In this document: positions 1-9,513 of the stretch, piece after piece
Numbering within the stretch: the stretch's first letter is position 1
Layout of the letters: the number at the start of each line of letters is the position of its first letter
Source: a virus
Taxonomy: Duplodnaviria > Caudoviricetes
Direction: 5' to 3' (one strand)
Virus record (IMG/VR): IMGVR_UViG_3300032038_000015
Coordinates: 1 to 64,000 of that record
Length of the DNA: 64,000 bases
Notes under the pieces: generated by a model
Databases searched by the model: none
What the model was told of the DNA's origin: nothing
What the model saw: only the letters and a program-made list of their open reading frames with translations
Position numbers and translations under genes: made by a program

Positions 1-445
1 TTTCTGTTGGAAGTTTTTTAGTTAAATTGTTTCCAGACGGAATTCCTTTATATGTTACATCTTTAAAAAATCCATCTTTAATTTCAGTTCCCTTCACTCT
101 ACTCATATAATCCCAAAAACTACTTATAATATGTTTCCTAGTTTCTAATGTTGTAGGCGACATTCCATTCTGTTCTTTAGTTTTTAGATATAATGTAATA
201 TCTTCTGCCATAATATCGGTAAAATCCGATGGCTCAATATCTGAAACATTTGTTTTATCAATAAGTTTCTCTTCAATAAACCAATTGAGCAAATCTACAA
301 TGACTCCAAGATAATTCAACGCACCTGCCTTACTCTCTATTTTAACAGTGAAATATTTTCTCATATATATAGGAAGATTTAACTCATCCAACTTCCTATT
401 AAGTTTTTCAGCATTTTTGTTTTGTACTTCTATTTTGTAACACAT
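1..445 (-). CDS. Tyrosine recombinase (XerC/XerS-like), N-terminal part; runs off window
   Basis: Own translation MCYKIEVQNKNAEKLNRKL...AEDITLYLKTKEQNGMSPTTLETRKHIISSFWDYM matches the core-binding (SAM-like) domain pattern; catalytic residues lie outside the window. Confidence 0.65.
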   Translation of the reverse strand, partial: MCYKIEVQNKNAEKLNRKLDELNLPIYMRKYFTVKIESKAGALNYLGVIVDLLNWFIEEKLIDKTNVSDIEPSDFTDIMAEDITLYLKTKEQNGMSPTTLETRKHIISSFWDYMSRVKGTEIKDGFFKDVTYKGIPSGNNLTKKLPTE

Positions 446-450
446 AGCAA

Positions 451-720
451 TCACTCCTTTGTGTAATCTGCTATCGCTTTTGCAATAGCTTTAGAAGCTC
501 TTTTACTTTTTAATGATCTCTGAATAGATTCAGTATTCCAAAACACATCGCTAAGTCCAGCTAACTCACCACCGCAATTCCAATTCGGAATACTAAAGAA
601 TCCTCCATTTACATATTCTCCGAAAATCACACTATAATAATTTCCATTGTATTCAACACCTATGTGGTGAATATTTTCAACATAAGTATCACCATTATAA
701 CTGATTTTATAATTTTCCAT
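451..720 (-). CDS. Hypothetical protein
   Basis: ORF, RBS gaaagg before ATG 720. Confidence 0.7.
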   Translation of the reverse strand: MENYKISYNGDTYVENIHHIGVEYNGNYYSVIFGEYVNGGFFSIPNWNCGGELAGLSDVFWNTESIQRSLKSKRASKAIAKAIADYTKE

Positions 721-736
721 GTTATGTTCCACCTTT

Positions 737-1012
737 CTACATATTATTCTCTACTTTATCTGTATAATAACGTGGTCTAATTCGTTGAGCATAATCCAAC
801 GTTTCCAAATAATCATCACACCATCGAATTTCTATATTCTTTGTAATTTCTCCGTTACAACCTTCGTTAAAACATGTTAAGTCTTTGATATGTTTTTTCT
901 TACGTTGGTTTCCATTTCTTTGAATTCCACTTCCTAACTGGTTGATTTTCATGCAATGAAGACATAAAAATCTTGATGCTCTTTTTGGATTTCCCATATT
1001 CATATTCATCAC
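737..1012 (-). CDS. Hypothetical Cys/His-rich (zinc-binding) protein
   Basis: CLHC...HIKDLTC...C, RBS gaggtg. Confidence 0.7.
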   Translation of the reverse strand: MMNMNMGNPKRASRFLCLHCMKINQLGSGIQRNGNQRKKKHIKDLTCFNEGCNGEITKNIEIRWCDDYLETLDYAQRIRPRYYTDKVENNM

Positions 1013-1230
1013 CTCGTTTTTTCAATAAAAAAGAAGCAGTTTATTCTGCTTCTACTTTTATTTACTCCAAATATTTATATTTTCCAGTTTCAACCAACTT
1101 ATTTATAAGTATTTCAAGGAAATTAACACAGGATTCATATGTCTTTCCTTCGAAAATAACTTCGTCAATAGCCGTATTTTTTACATACCAATCTATCTTG
1201 TTATCCTTTTGAAAGCAATTTTTCTTTGCT

Positions 1231-1749
1231 TTATAAATTTTCTATCATCTTTTTGATTCGTTCAATCTCTTCATTTGTATGTGGTGTGCCACCTGCATTC
1301 ATATCAACATACCACTGAAGAATTTCTCTTTTAGTCTTCAGACTATTTCGATATACATTAACATGGTATTCAGGTAATGGATTATAAGTAGCAATATATC
1401 TTGTAAAACTGAACTCATCAAAAAATTGTCCAAATGCTTTTAACTTATTATGTACAAAATTTTGAAGAGCCGTAGTTCTTTGCAACCCATCGACACAAAC
1501 ATAGTCATTTGTATCAGGATTCCAGTTAAAATAAAAATCTCTTCCAGATTTTCCACCTTTTAAAATAAACTCAACATATTTACTTTGCTGAATCTCTGTC
1601 CAAACATGTCCTCTCTGAAAACCAGGGTTCATATTTAGATTATATTCTTTTATTTCATTCTCAATAAAATCAACATAAGAAACAAAACCGAAACATGTTG
1701 GATTTACTAATTCATATTCTGTAAATTTCGGAACTTCATTCCATTTCAT
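1231..1749 (-). CDS. Stand-alone DUF262 (ParB/Srx-like, GmrS-type) domain protein
   Basis: PGFQRGHVWT and VDGLQRTTAL motifs; RBS ggaggtgg before ATG 1749. Confidence 0.8.
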   Translation of the reverse strand: MKWNEVPKFTEYELVNPTCFGFVSYVDFIENEIKEYNLNMNPGFQRGHVWTEIQQSKYVEFILKGGKSGRDFYFNWNPDTNDYVCVDGLQRTTALQNFVHNKLKAFGQFFDEFSFTRYIATYNPLPEYHVNVYRNSLKTKREILQWYVDMNAGGTPHTNEEIERIKKMIENL

Positions 1750-1780
1750 ATTACCACCTCCTTTTGTCCGAATAAAATCG

Positions 1781-1954
1781 TCAATTCTTGTTATATTTTT
1801 CTGCACATCCTTTACAGTAGAATTGATCCTCGCTTCCATCGTAAAATCAATCGTCATAACTACCTTTTACGCATTTTATGTTACCTGTCTTTTCTTGCTG
1901 TTCTGTTAGAATAAATTTCCCACATTTACAGCACATAATATCCCATTGCTCCAT
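1781..1954 (-). pseudogene. Small zinc-finger protein with internal TGA
   Basis: MEQWDIMCCKCGK...YDD*FYDG...CKGC; stop at 1847-1849. Confidence 0.55.
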
Positions 1955-2134
1955 TTATATCACCTCTTCCAATCTTCCGAGCAAATCATTCTTTACTTCG
2001 ATTATGGCATTTAACCTGCCTTTAATCTGTAAATCATATGGACTATCAGTATTTTTTAATAAATCCTCAAGTCTGTCAATTTCTGTATCAAGCTCACTAA
2101 TATATTCTCTTATCTTTTCTCTCATATCTGGCAT
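1955..2134 (-). CDS. Hypothetical coiled-coil protein (59 aa)
   Basis: MPDMREKIREYISELD..., RBS aggag. Confidence 0.65.
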   Translation of the reverse strand: MPDMREKIREYISELDTEIDRLEDLLKNTDSPYDLQIKGRLNAIIEVKNDLLGRLEEVI

Positions 2135-2146
2135 ACAAATATCTCC

Positions 2147-2332
2147 TTATAAAATCTTCTTTGCCTTTTCTTTCAACTCTTTTATTGTAGTAGCGTCAAA
2201 TTCCATTCCATTATCAAGTGTGACAAAATAATGTTGAACGCTTCGATTTTTCTCATAATCAAAATCGGCATCAACATCTACTCTCACGACTCTATCTCGA
2301 ATTCTTTTAGGTAAATAATCTTTTATTTCCAT
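2147..2332 (-). CDS. Hypothetical protein
   Basis: ORF with RBS, co-oriented. Confidence 0.65.
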   Translation of the reverse strand: MEIKDYLPKRIRDRVVRVDVDADFDYEKNRSVQHYFVTLDNGMEFDATTIKELKEKAKKIL

Positions 2333-2381
2333 AATATCACTCACTTTCTATTTGCCAAGGAAAGTTAAATTTCTTTGCCTT

Positions 2382-2657
2382 TTACTCACGAAAATTTTTA
2401 GCCCATAAGATACTTCCATCATTATTGCAAGTTAATTCAATCCCATATTTTGTTTTAAACCATATGTCAAGCCATTCAAGGAAGTCTTTTGTAACATTAA
2501 TAATGTAGCTACTAACACAATTCATATTTGGCAATGCAACCTGCATTTGTGGAATACGTGAATATTCTGTTGCCCCCTCATATTCATATCTGAATGGGCA
2601 ACCCTTAACCGCTAATTCGTTATTCAATTCCATTACCATTTCTCTTGTTATCTTCAT
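2382..2657 (-). CDS. Hypothetical protein
   Basis: RBS ggaggt before ATG 2657. Confidence 0.7.
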   Translation of the reverse strand: MKITREMVMELNNELAVKGCPFRYEYEGATEYSRIPQMQVALPNMNCVSSYIINVTKDFLEWLDIWFKTKYGIELTCNNDGSILWAKNFRE

Positions 2658-2690
2658 ACTATTACCTCCATTCTTAACCACATAGTAAAC

Positions 2691-2879
2691 TTAGATTTCA
2701 ATATCCGTTTTACCTGTCAGATAATCACCAAATTCTTTATCTGACATATTATCAATAATTTCAATTTTCTTCTCAACATTTGGTTTACATTTTTTATGAA
2801 TTTTATCTCCATCAAGTCCAAACCACTCAAACTCTTCATTGTCTTTAACTTCTTTTTCACATACAAAACATTTATACAT
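2691..2879 (-). CDS. Hypothetical zinc-finger protein
   Basis: CFVC...HKKC, RBS aaggag. Confidence 0.65.
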   Translation of the reverse strand: MYKCFVCEKEVKDNEEFEWFGLDGDKIHKKCKPNVEKKIEIIDNMSDKEFGDYLTGKTDIEI

Positions 2880-3082
2880 TTTTATTATTCTCCTTTCCAT
2901 TCCACAAGAAAACTTGGATTCATTGGAAATTATTTTCCATTTGCTACCATAGGTAACTGGCTATGAACCTCAACCTCTATCCAATCTCTTTCGATTTTGG
3001 ATTACCTTTATATTATACACTACTTTATTTGAACTGGAAAGTATAAGACAGTTTCCATCACATATACAGCGTGGAAGTTATC

Positions 3083-3301
3083 TGACACTCCAACGGCTAA
3101 AGCACGTTGGGTTCTTATATACATTCACTTCCAAATATACTCGAAAGCATATAAGACTAATGAATTTCTATAAGACTTTCACTACCAAAGATACCATTGT
3201 ATCCATTAACGATAGCATAAGGCTCGTGTCAAAACCTATTTATATATTTCTCCACTTAAATTGCTATACTACTAAAGGAGTGGGCTTTCCGCACGTGTCT
3301 T
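3083..3301 (-). mobile_element. Non-autonomous IS200/IS605 derivative (ends plus TnpB reRNA remnant, no ORF)
   Basis: On - strand: TTAC target, left end gcggaaagcccactcctttag, right-end hairpin cccaacgtgctttagccgttggag ending gtgtca. Confidence 0.65.
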
Positions 3302-3306
3302 GTAAT

Positions 3307-4017
3307 TTAATTCTCTTCGTAAATCCAATTCTGAATGAATCTCATTGCATCTTCAAAGTAAATAGGATTCAGATCCTTGTATGAACTGCCACATCCAAAT
3401 TTACTCTTCAATCCATTCCAAAGATTTATAAAATAACTTTTTGAATTTGCCTTATACTCTTTTGAATGAGCACCTCCAAGCAAATGATTGATTCTATCTT
3501 TCGCTGCTTTATAAATTCTCTGCTGCTGTCTTGTTGTAAGAGTCATATTATCTACTACCTGATTCAGTTTCTCTGTCTGCTCACCTAACATATTTTCCAT
3601 ATTGTTAATCTGAGCATATACAATTTTCATATCACATCCCATATCTTCAAGCATTGTTTCTACCTTATTAGATTGAGTTGCAACATAACCACCTGTCTTT
3701 CGGATTGATGGAAGAACCTCTGATGTTACCCAAATTCTAAATGGCTTCGCAATTGGCTTTCTACTTCTAAGTACAAGTGTATAAAATCCGCTTTCGCTTA
3801 TGATATTTGCCTCTCCCTGACGACCTAAGTTAAACTTAGCCCGTTCAAAATCCTCCAATCCATCCATTGCCATTGTTGGATTTGTCGTTCCAAGAATATC
3901 GCAAACATCTTTTGCTACAAACCAAGGGTTTCCATCAATCACAATAGTTCTAATCTGTCCGAAATTTTCATTGTTAAAAATTTCAATTTCATTTCTTGTT
4001 TTTAATACATCTTTCAT
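3307..4017 (-). CDS. Phage antirepressor, BRO-N plus ORF6C domains
   Basis: FGQIRTIVIDGNPWFVAKDVCDILG...ISESGFYTLVLRSRKPIAKPFRIWVTSEVLPSIRKTG; C-terminal YKDL...AMRFIQNW. Confidence 0.9.
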   Translation of the reverse strand: MKDVLKTRNEIEIFNNENFGQIRTIVIDGNPWFVAKDVCDILGTTNPTMAMDGLEDFERAKFNLGRQGEANIISESGFYTLVLRSRKPIAKPFRIWVTSEVLPSIRKTGGYVATQSNKVETMLEDMGCDMKIVYAQINNMENMLGEQTEKLNQVVDNMTLTTRQQQRIYKAAKDRINHLLGGAHSKEYKANSKSYFINLWNGLKSKFGCGSSYKDLNPIYFEDAMRFIQNWIYEEN

Positions 4018-4185
4018 ATTGTATCTTCCTTTCTTATATAAATTTGTTGATAGTCTTTTATAGTTTTATTCTCTATTTGCTCGCAGACTATCGAGAGTAT
4101 TCCAACTCCATCACGACAGCTTTTACAGATAGCCAATCTGCTATTCAGTTTTCAAGGTACGCAATTCTTGTTTGGAAAATGTGAC

Positions 4186-4291
4186 TTGAATAAGTCCAGA
4201 AAATACGATATAATATGTAATGACTAGGACTTCGGTTCAAGTTGTGATTGAGTGTAGCGAAACTTTCTCAGGGTGTACGCTGCACTCTTTT
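4186..4291 (+). ncRNA. Putative antisense sRNA in antirepressor leader
   Basis: TTGAAT-17-TATAAT (4186-4214), then hairpin gagtgtagcg...cgctgcactc plus T-run. Confidence 0.45.
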
Positions 4292-4460
4292 ATTTTCCAT
4301 TATTATCAGACCACATCATTCCAAGAACAAATTTATCCTCGATATAACCTTTCATAAATCGCTCAAGTACAACACTTACTGGCAATTTATCTTCTTTGCA
4401 TTTGTCTTTGAATTTCTGTAGGATCTCTGAATCAATGGAAGTGTTAAATTTTGTTCTCAA
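4290..4460 (-). CDS. Ribbon-helix-helix DNA-binding protein (56 aa, TTG start)
   Basis: MRTKFNTSIDSEILQKFKDKCKEDKLPVSVVLERFM; RBS aggaggtg. Confidence 0.7.
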   Translation of the reverse strand: MRTKFNTSIDSEILQKFKDKCKEDKLPVSVVLERFMKGYIEDKFVLGMMWSDNNGK

Positions 4461-4701
4461 TCAAATGCACCTCCTTTGATTTCCTATATCTTAGCACTTA
4501 TTATTGAATATGTCAACACTATTTCAACACTTTTTTGTAAAAAACAACCGCCAGTATTTTTTTTACTAGCGGTTTGTGTTTATCTATATACTATATATTG
4601 TGGTTTACATCTCATTCAACCACAATATATTGATTAAAATTTCCAATGAAACTATTATTTCTTAATTCTCTTCTTCCACATCTGTTCTATCATTTATCTT
4701 A

Positions 4702-5040
4702 TCATTTTTCAATTATAACAAAATCCACACAGGTTTTATAGACATCGTAATCAACTGCTCTAAAGTTACAGAGATGTCCGTTCTTCTCTACATCAAAAAT
4801 AATCCATTTACAGTCACTTGCATCTTCCCAAGGCTCAAATTTAACAAATTTTCTAGCGAAATCATTCGCTTTCATCCCATAATCTTTTCCGTCTAATAAT
4901 AAAGACGGAATTCTATCAAATTCTTCCTGTGTCATATAATAATATGTGTTATAAAACCCTAAATCTTCTGAACAACTTTGTCCAAAACTATTTCTATAAT
5001 AACTTATTGCTTTACATTTCTCTTTTTTCATATCAATCAA
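4702..5040 (-). CDS. Hypothetical protein
   Basis: ORF with RBS. Confidence 0.65.
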   Translation of the reverse strand: MIDMKKEKCKAISYYRNSFGQSCSEDLGFYNTYYYMTQEEFDRIPSLLLDGKDYGMKANDFARKFVKFEPWEDASDCKWIIFDVEKNGHLCNFRAVDYDVYKTCVDFVIIEK

Positions 5041-5157
5041 CCCTTTCTATTTTACTCCATTATACCAATTTCCAATCACAAAAGCCACTGAAAAATAGTG
5101 AACTACCCACGAGCTAAAGCTCGTTTATTCTTCTTCGTCTTGTATTATTCATATAAA

Positions 5158-5784
5158 TCACCTATTCCTTCCCCATAAGTCATCTAATACTTTCTGATCA
5201 CTTGGTAGATTCGAATAACTAATTCCAATAGTCTGCAACTTATAATATTCTTCTTTTGTAATGTCGATTCCATAATCGCCTTTAACAGTTTCTCTATAAC
5301 CGAATTTATCCTGGCATTCAGGTCTGAAGTACCATTTCTTATAAATTGGTTTATCTCCATGTTCCCATGCAAAAAGACAAGTAATTGTTCTACCAGTAGC
5401 AATTTCCGTTGTAACTTGTCTACCAAAATAAGGATTGTACTGCATATAAGCTAATTTGCCTCTTTCAATTGCATCTTGCTTTTCATGTTCACTCATCGCA
5501 AATAACTGTTGTGTACCTCTACCATAAGAAGTGTTATACACTTTACTGCTATTCACACCAACAGTAGAATATAACTTAACTCCGTTTCTATCGGTTGTCT
5601 CAACTCTTTTTACTCGCTCGCCATTGATATAATCATTACATAATCTGTCCATGTAATGAACGTTTCCATCTTTATCAACTGTACGAGTAATTTTCTTCAT
5701 ATCATAGTTATCTTTAGCTGCCTTTGCAGCACTTGCTCCATAAATACCTAAGAACGCTAACAGTCCACCGAACATATTCATCAA
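5158..5784 (-). CDS. Membrane-anchored hypothetical protein
   Basis: N-terminal hydrophobic segment FGGLLAFLGIYGASAA. Confidence 0.75.
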   Translation of the reverse strand: MMNMFGGLLAFLGIYGASAAKAAKDNYDMKKITRTVDKDGNVHYMDRLCNDYINGERVKRVETTDRNGVKLYSTVGVNSSKVYNTSYGRGTQQLFAMSEHEKQDAIERGKLAYMQYNPYFGRQVTTEIATGRTITCLFAWEHGDKPIYKKWYFRPECQDKFGYRETVKGDYGIDITKEEYYKLQTIGISYSNLPSDQKVLDDLWGRNR

Positions 5785-5802
5785 CCTCTTTTCTCTTTTA
5801 TA

Positions 5803-5955
5803 TTATTTTCTCCACTTTTCCATTTCATCAACTGATTTCTTATTTAAGTTGTTATACATATCTTGTCGCTTGCGTGATTCTTCCTTTTGGTTTGCTTTCC
5901 AAGGAAGATAAATACATAAATACATTGCTACTAAAAATCCGATTAACTGCGCCAT
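5803..5955 (-). CDS. Small single-TM membrane protein (50 aa)
   Basis: MAQLIGFLVAMYLCIYLPWK..., RBS ggaggt. Confidence 0.65.
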   Translation of the reverse strand: MAQLIGFLVAMYLCIYLPWKANQKEESRKRQDMYNNLNKKSVDEMEKWRK

Positions 5956-6026
5956 AATGATTACCTCCGTTTTTCTTTAATTATATCATGTGTTGCGTCC
6001 TATTAAAAGGACAGAAAATTTCCGTT

Positions 6027-6257
6027 TCATCCTAAAATCAAATATAACATGGTTTGTCTTACAAAATATTCTAACTGTGGTGTATTTGTAAATAATTTAA
6101 GTAATTCTGGATTTGCTAAATCAGTCATACATTTTTCTACAACTTTATCATAGATTTTTCTATTAGTGTCATTTCTATAAATACTTAAATCATGCAGATG
6201 TAAAATAAATTCTGTATAATCTCTCACCTTTGTTTCTGCCGTTTTTAATGTGTACAT
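6027..6257 (-). CDS. Hypothetical protein
   Basis: ORF, RBS gaggt. Confidence 0.7.
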   Translation of the reverse strand: MYTLKTAETKVRDYTEFILHLHDLSIYRNDTNRKIYDKVVEKCMTDLANPELLKLFTNTPQLEYFVRQTMLYLILG

Positions 6258-6274
6258 AATATCAACCTCACTTT

Positions 6275-6472
6275 CTATTCAAATAATTTATCAGCTACAT
6301 AATTTACTTCTTCGTAAATATCTTCTATTAATGCATCTTCATTAATAGTATCAATATTATCTTCACACCACATTCTGAAATCTGTATATCTGTTTGTCTT
6401 ACAGTATTCTAAGTAACTTCCCAACAAGCCATATACCTTTTCTTGCGTTTCATTCATATTATCAATCTCCAA
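6275..6472 (-). CDS. Hypothetical acidic protein
   Basis: ORF, co-oriented. Confidence 0.65.
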   Translation of the reverse strand: MEIDNMNETQEKVYGLLGSYLEYCKTNRYTDFRMWCEDNIDTINEDALIEDIYEEVNYVADKLFE

Positions 6473-6481
6473 TCTTCCGAT

Positions 6482-6763
6482 TCATTGTTCTAATTTTCTT
6501 ACAGTAAAATAAATTGCTGCACAATATTTGTCTCCATCTACGAACAGATTATTTATTTCAACACCCAACTCTCTGCCAACACAATCCATAATATCATCCT
6601 CATTATATTCAACATCAAACGCTGGACTATATAAGAATACTTCTTTTGTATCTTCTTCCATATTAAATATAAGACTTGAATCATCCTTTTGTTCCTTCAT
6701 AAATTCCAATAAACAATCAGATGTTGTTGTAAAGCATTTTCTCTCAAAAAACCTTGAATCCAT
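6482..6763 (-). CDS. Hypothetical acidic protein
   Basis: RBS aaggagg before MDSRFF. Confidence 0.7.
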   Translation of the reverse strand: MDSRFFERKCFTTTSDCLLEFMKEQKDDSSLIFNMEEDTKEVFLYSPAFDVEYNEDDIMDCVGRELGVEINNLFVDGDKYCAAIYFTVRKLEQ

Positions 6764-6815
6764 AGCTGTTCCTCCTTTCATAATCCAAGTAAATCATCGT
6801 TTTATTGGTTGTAAA

Positions 6816-7295
6816 TCAACCGCCATTTTCAACTGATTTGTATTCCACCACTAAATCTTCATCAGTTACAACATGAAGATATTTTGCATATAGTTCACAC
6901 AAAGTTTCTTCTGTCAGATTCTTTTCCTTATCTGACATATTCTTCAACTGCCAAGGATAAATTGGTGGGTAAATCAAATATGCTGCACCATCAAAATCAG
7001 TACATACATATAATTCAATTCCTTCCACCTCTTTAATGACTTCATACATAATTTCTGCAAGTCCACCATAATTATTTTCGCAACACTCTTCCACATAAGA
7101 TTCTAAAATATCATATGTTTCCGTTATCTGTCCATCACAATAAGTATCTATATATTCTTTAACTCTCTCATACAGATTTGGTGCTAACTGAATCAATTTC
7201 ATCAACTTAACCAAGTTGATTTCTTCTTTTAAATCATCTGTACAAATTCCATATCCATAATCATGCCATGTGTTATAACTCATATCATTCACCAT
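6816..7295 (-). CDS. Hypothetical acidic protein
   Basis: ORF, ~155 aa. Confidence 0.75.
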   Translation of the reverse strand: MVNDMSYNTWHDYGYGICTDDLKEEINLVKLMKLIQLAPNLYERVKEYIDTYCDGQITETYDILESYVEECCENNYGGLAEIMYEVIKEVEGIELYVCTDFDGAAYLIYPPIYPWQLKNMSDKEKNLTEETLCELYAKYLHVVTDEDLVVEYKSVENGG

Positions 7296-7411
7296 TTCCT
7301 TTCTAATTCTGCCAAATATGCTAACAAATTATCTTCAGTTCCGTCTGCAATCTCATAATCCTGCCACCAATCATGTATTGTTTCCCTGAGTATTGTAAAT
7401 CATCGATTCAT

Positions 7412-7812
7412 TCTACTATCGTTCCATACGGTTTAGCCGCGTCTCTTATAGTCTCAATAGACTTATACGGAACACCTCTCAATATAAGACCACCGCTATA
7501 TCTTCGGTTTTCTCATACGGATGCCTCCTTTCTAAAATCCATATCGTTCCACGGACACTAACGGAGTGTCCGCATCGGTGATAAGCCTATGATATGGCGT
7601 AAAACAATCTCCTTAGACTGGGTATGGTCTTGGCAGTGTTACAAGCTAGGAGTTCTCTGTAAAAGAGATACCTGTAAGTGCCATGTGTCTCAAATAAAAA
7701 GTATTAGGCGACCATATCCATATGTCTCTGCTCAACTAAACTCAGAAAATATATATTTCTATTTCTGAGTTGCTTTTACAAGCCCACTCCCTTTAGGGGG
7801 TGGGTAGTTGAC
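7412..7812 (-). mobile_element. Non-autonomous IsrB/IscB-type element: omegaRNA with deleted nuclease ORF, interrupting a small gene (7289-7828)
   Basis: - strand gtcaactacccacccccta aagggagtgggcttgtaaaagc...ttagttgagcagagac...; RBS plus MRKPKI*; ATGA at right flank. Confidence 0.7.
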
Positions 7813-7839
7813 ACACTGGCATCTCCATATATATTCTCC

Positions 7840-8286
7840 TTAAATTCCTACTTTTAAATGTATAGCGTTAGTTTCCCATTCTTCGACTAAGCAATTGACA
7901 ATATCTTCTGGAATATCTACATTTGCAAATCTTCCATCGTTTACCCAATCATAAGTTGCACTCCATCTGTCACTATGCAGCCATTTGCTTTTACCTATCC
8001 ATTTATAAAACTGGTCTCTTTGGAACTTGCACCACTCATAAAACATTCCTGTTTTTTCAATAAAGTCATTCGCTTTGTTTACCATTTCCATATCAGCTAC
8101 AGGAAACCATCTCTTTTCAATTTCTGGGTAATCTCCATTCCAACCATCCCATTTTGAATAGATGATGTCTCCATTCCCATCGTGGACTTCACAATCTAAT
8201 TTTAGTGCTTCTCTTACTGCATCTTTTAAATTGTCAATATTGTCTGCTTTTTTATTTCCATACCAATCATAACATGTATATTTCAT
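7840..8286 (-). CDS. Hypothetical protein
   Basis: ORF 148 aa. Confidence 0.75.
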   Translation of the reverse strand: MKYTCYDWYGNKKADNIDNLKDAVREALKLDCEVHDGNGDIIYSKWDGWNGDYPEIEKRWFPVADMEMVNKANDFIEKTGMFYEWCKFQRDQFYKWIGKSKWLHSDRWSATYDWVNDGRFANVDIPEDIVNCLVEEWETNAIHLKVGI

Positions 8287-8331
8287 TTATGTCACCATCC
8301 TTATTCTTTTTATTCTGAAAGAAACTTTTTT

Positions 8332-8463
8332 TTACTCTTCTTTTTCTTCCACATCATAAGTACAATCAATTCCGTTACTATCAAGCCCTGCACTAACTGC
8401 TCTTTCTACATCTTCTACTGATGAATTATCATATACTTCAATAGTTACTATAATTGTTTTCAT
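8332..8463 (-). CDS. Small acidic protein (43 aa)
   Basis: MKTIIVTIEVYDNSSVEDVERAV..., RBS ggagtg. Confidence 0.55.
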   Translation of the reverse strand: MKTIIVTIEVYDNSSVEDVERAVSAGLDSNGIDCTYDVEEKEE

Positions 8464-8469
8464 ATAACA

Positions 8470-8799
8470 TCACTCCATTTCTTGTATATATCTTTCCAAA
8501 GTCGCTCTTGCTGCTTTAAAATACTGGTCAATATTTCCATGAATACTATACCAATTTCCATGATTTCCACCGTTTGTATCATATTCCATTATTAGTTTTT
8601 CTCCTATGTAGGAATCGGGAATAGGAACAAAATCTTCAAAACACGTTTCTTTTAAATATGCATTTGCAATTTCATAATTCTCTTTTGTTTTCAAATCCAA
8701 AATATACGATGTTTCTGTATCAAGACCAATTTCATCGCTTAACGCATATGTCGGAATTGACTTACAAATTTCATCAAATTTCTCTTCTAATGTTTTCAT
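8470..8799 (-). CDS. Hypothetical protein
   Basis: ORF, RBS aggag. Confidence 0.7.
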   Translation of the reverse strand: MKTLEEKFDEICKSIPTYALSDEIGLDTETSYILDLKTKENYEIANAYLKETCFEDFVPIPDSYIGEKLIMEYDTNGGNHGNWYSIHGNIDQYFKAARATLERYIQEME

Positions 8800-8812
8800 A
8801 TCTCATCACTCC

Positions 8813-9157
8813 TTAATTAAAATCAACCATGACAACTTTATGTTCTCTCAATGCATCACAATACCACATGCTACTATCATCACTTGTATATTCTTCCTGT
8901 AAGAATTTCAACACTTCATCGTCTGTTCTGAAATCTTCAGTTCGCTTTATCAAATCGAACAACCAATCCTTTTCGACTACAACAATTACTTCATCAAAGT
9001 CGCTTTCTTCCTCTTCATCTGTATCTGCGTTATATCCAAAGTAACCATCACAAACACAAAATGAAATTAAATCTCTATGCTTTTCGTAGTCTTGATATTT
9101 CGCTTCTGATACTTCCTTTAAAATTCTTTCTCTTACTTTATTCATAAAATCAACCAT
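8813..9157 (-). CDS. Hypothetical acidic protein
   Basis: ORF, D/E-rich. Confidence 0.7.
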   Translation of the reverse strand: MVDFMNKVRERILKEVSEAKYQDYEKHRDLISFCVCDGYFGYNADTDEEEESDFDEVIVVVEKDWLFDLIKRTEDFRTDDEVLKFLQEEYTSDDSSMWYCDALREHKVVMVDFN

Positions 9158-9308
9158 CCTTTCCGTTTGAAATTGCTATTTCTTACTAACAACATTCCAT
9201 ATTTCCATACCAAAACCATCGCACACCATCATAGCTTGCATATATATCATTATCTTTACTCTTAAAATATATTGGATAATCATTGTTTTTCATTTCCATC
9301 ACTCCAAT

Positions 9309-9497
9309 CTACTTAAATAATGTATGCTTTCCATCTGCATCACGTTTCCATTCGTAACCTACAAATTCAAGGGCTCTCAAAGCTCCATTGTAATAACTCA
9401 TATCTTGTGGTCTTGCATCTTCCATATTTGCAATCATCCACCGTTCATCTAGCCATTCTTCCGTCTGCTGCTTAATTACTTTTGGTGTTCTCTTCAT
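9309..9497 (-). CDS. Hypothetical protein
   Basis: ORF, RBS ggagtg. Confidence 0.7.
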   Translation of the reverse strand: MKRTPKVIKQQTEEWLDERWMIANMEDARPQDMSYYNGALRALEFVGYEWKRDADGKHTLFK

Positions 9498-9513
9498 TTT
9501 CCATCACTCCAAT

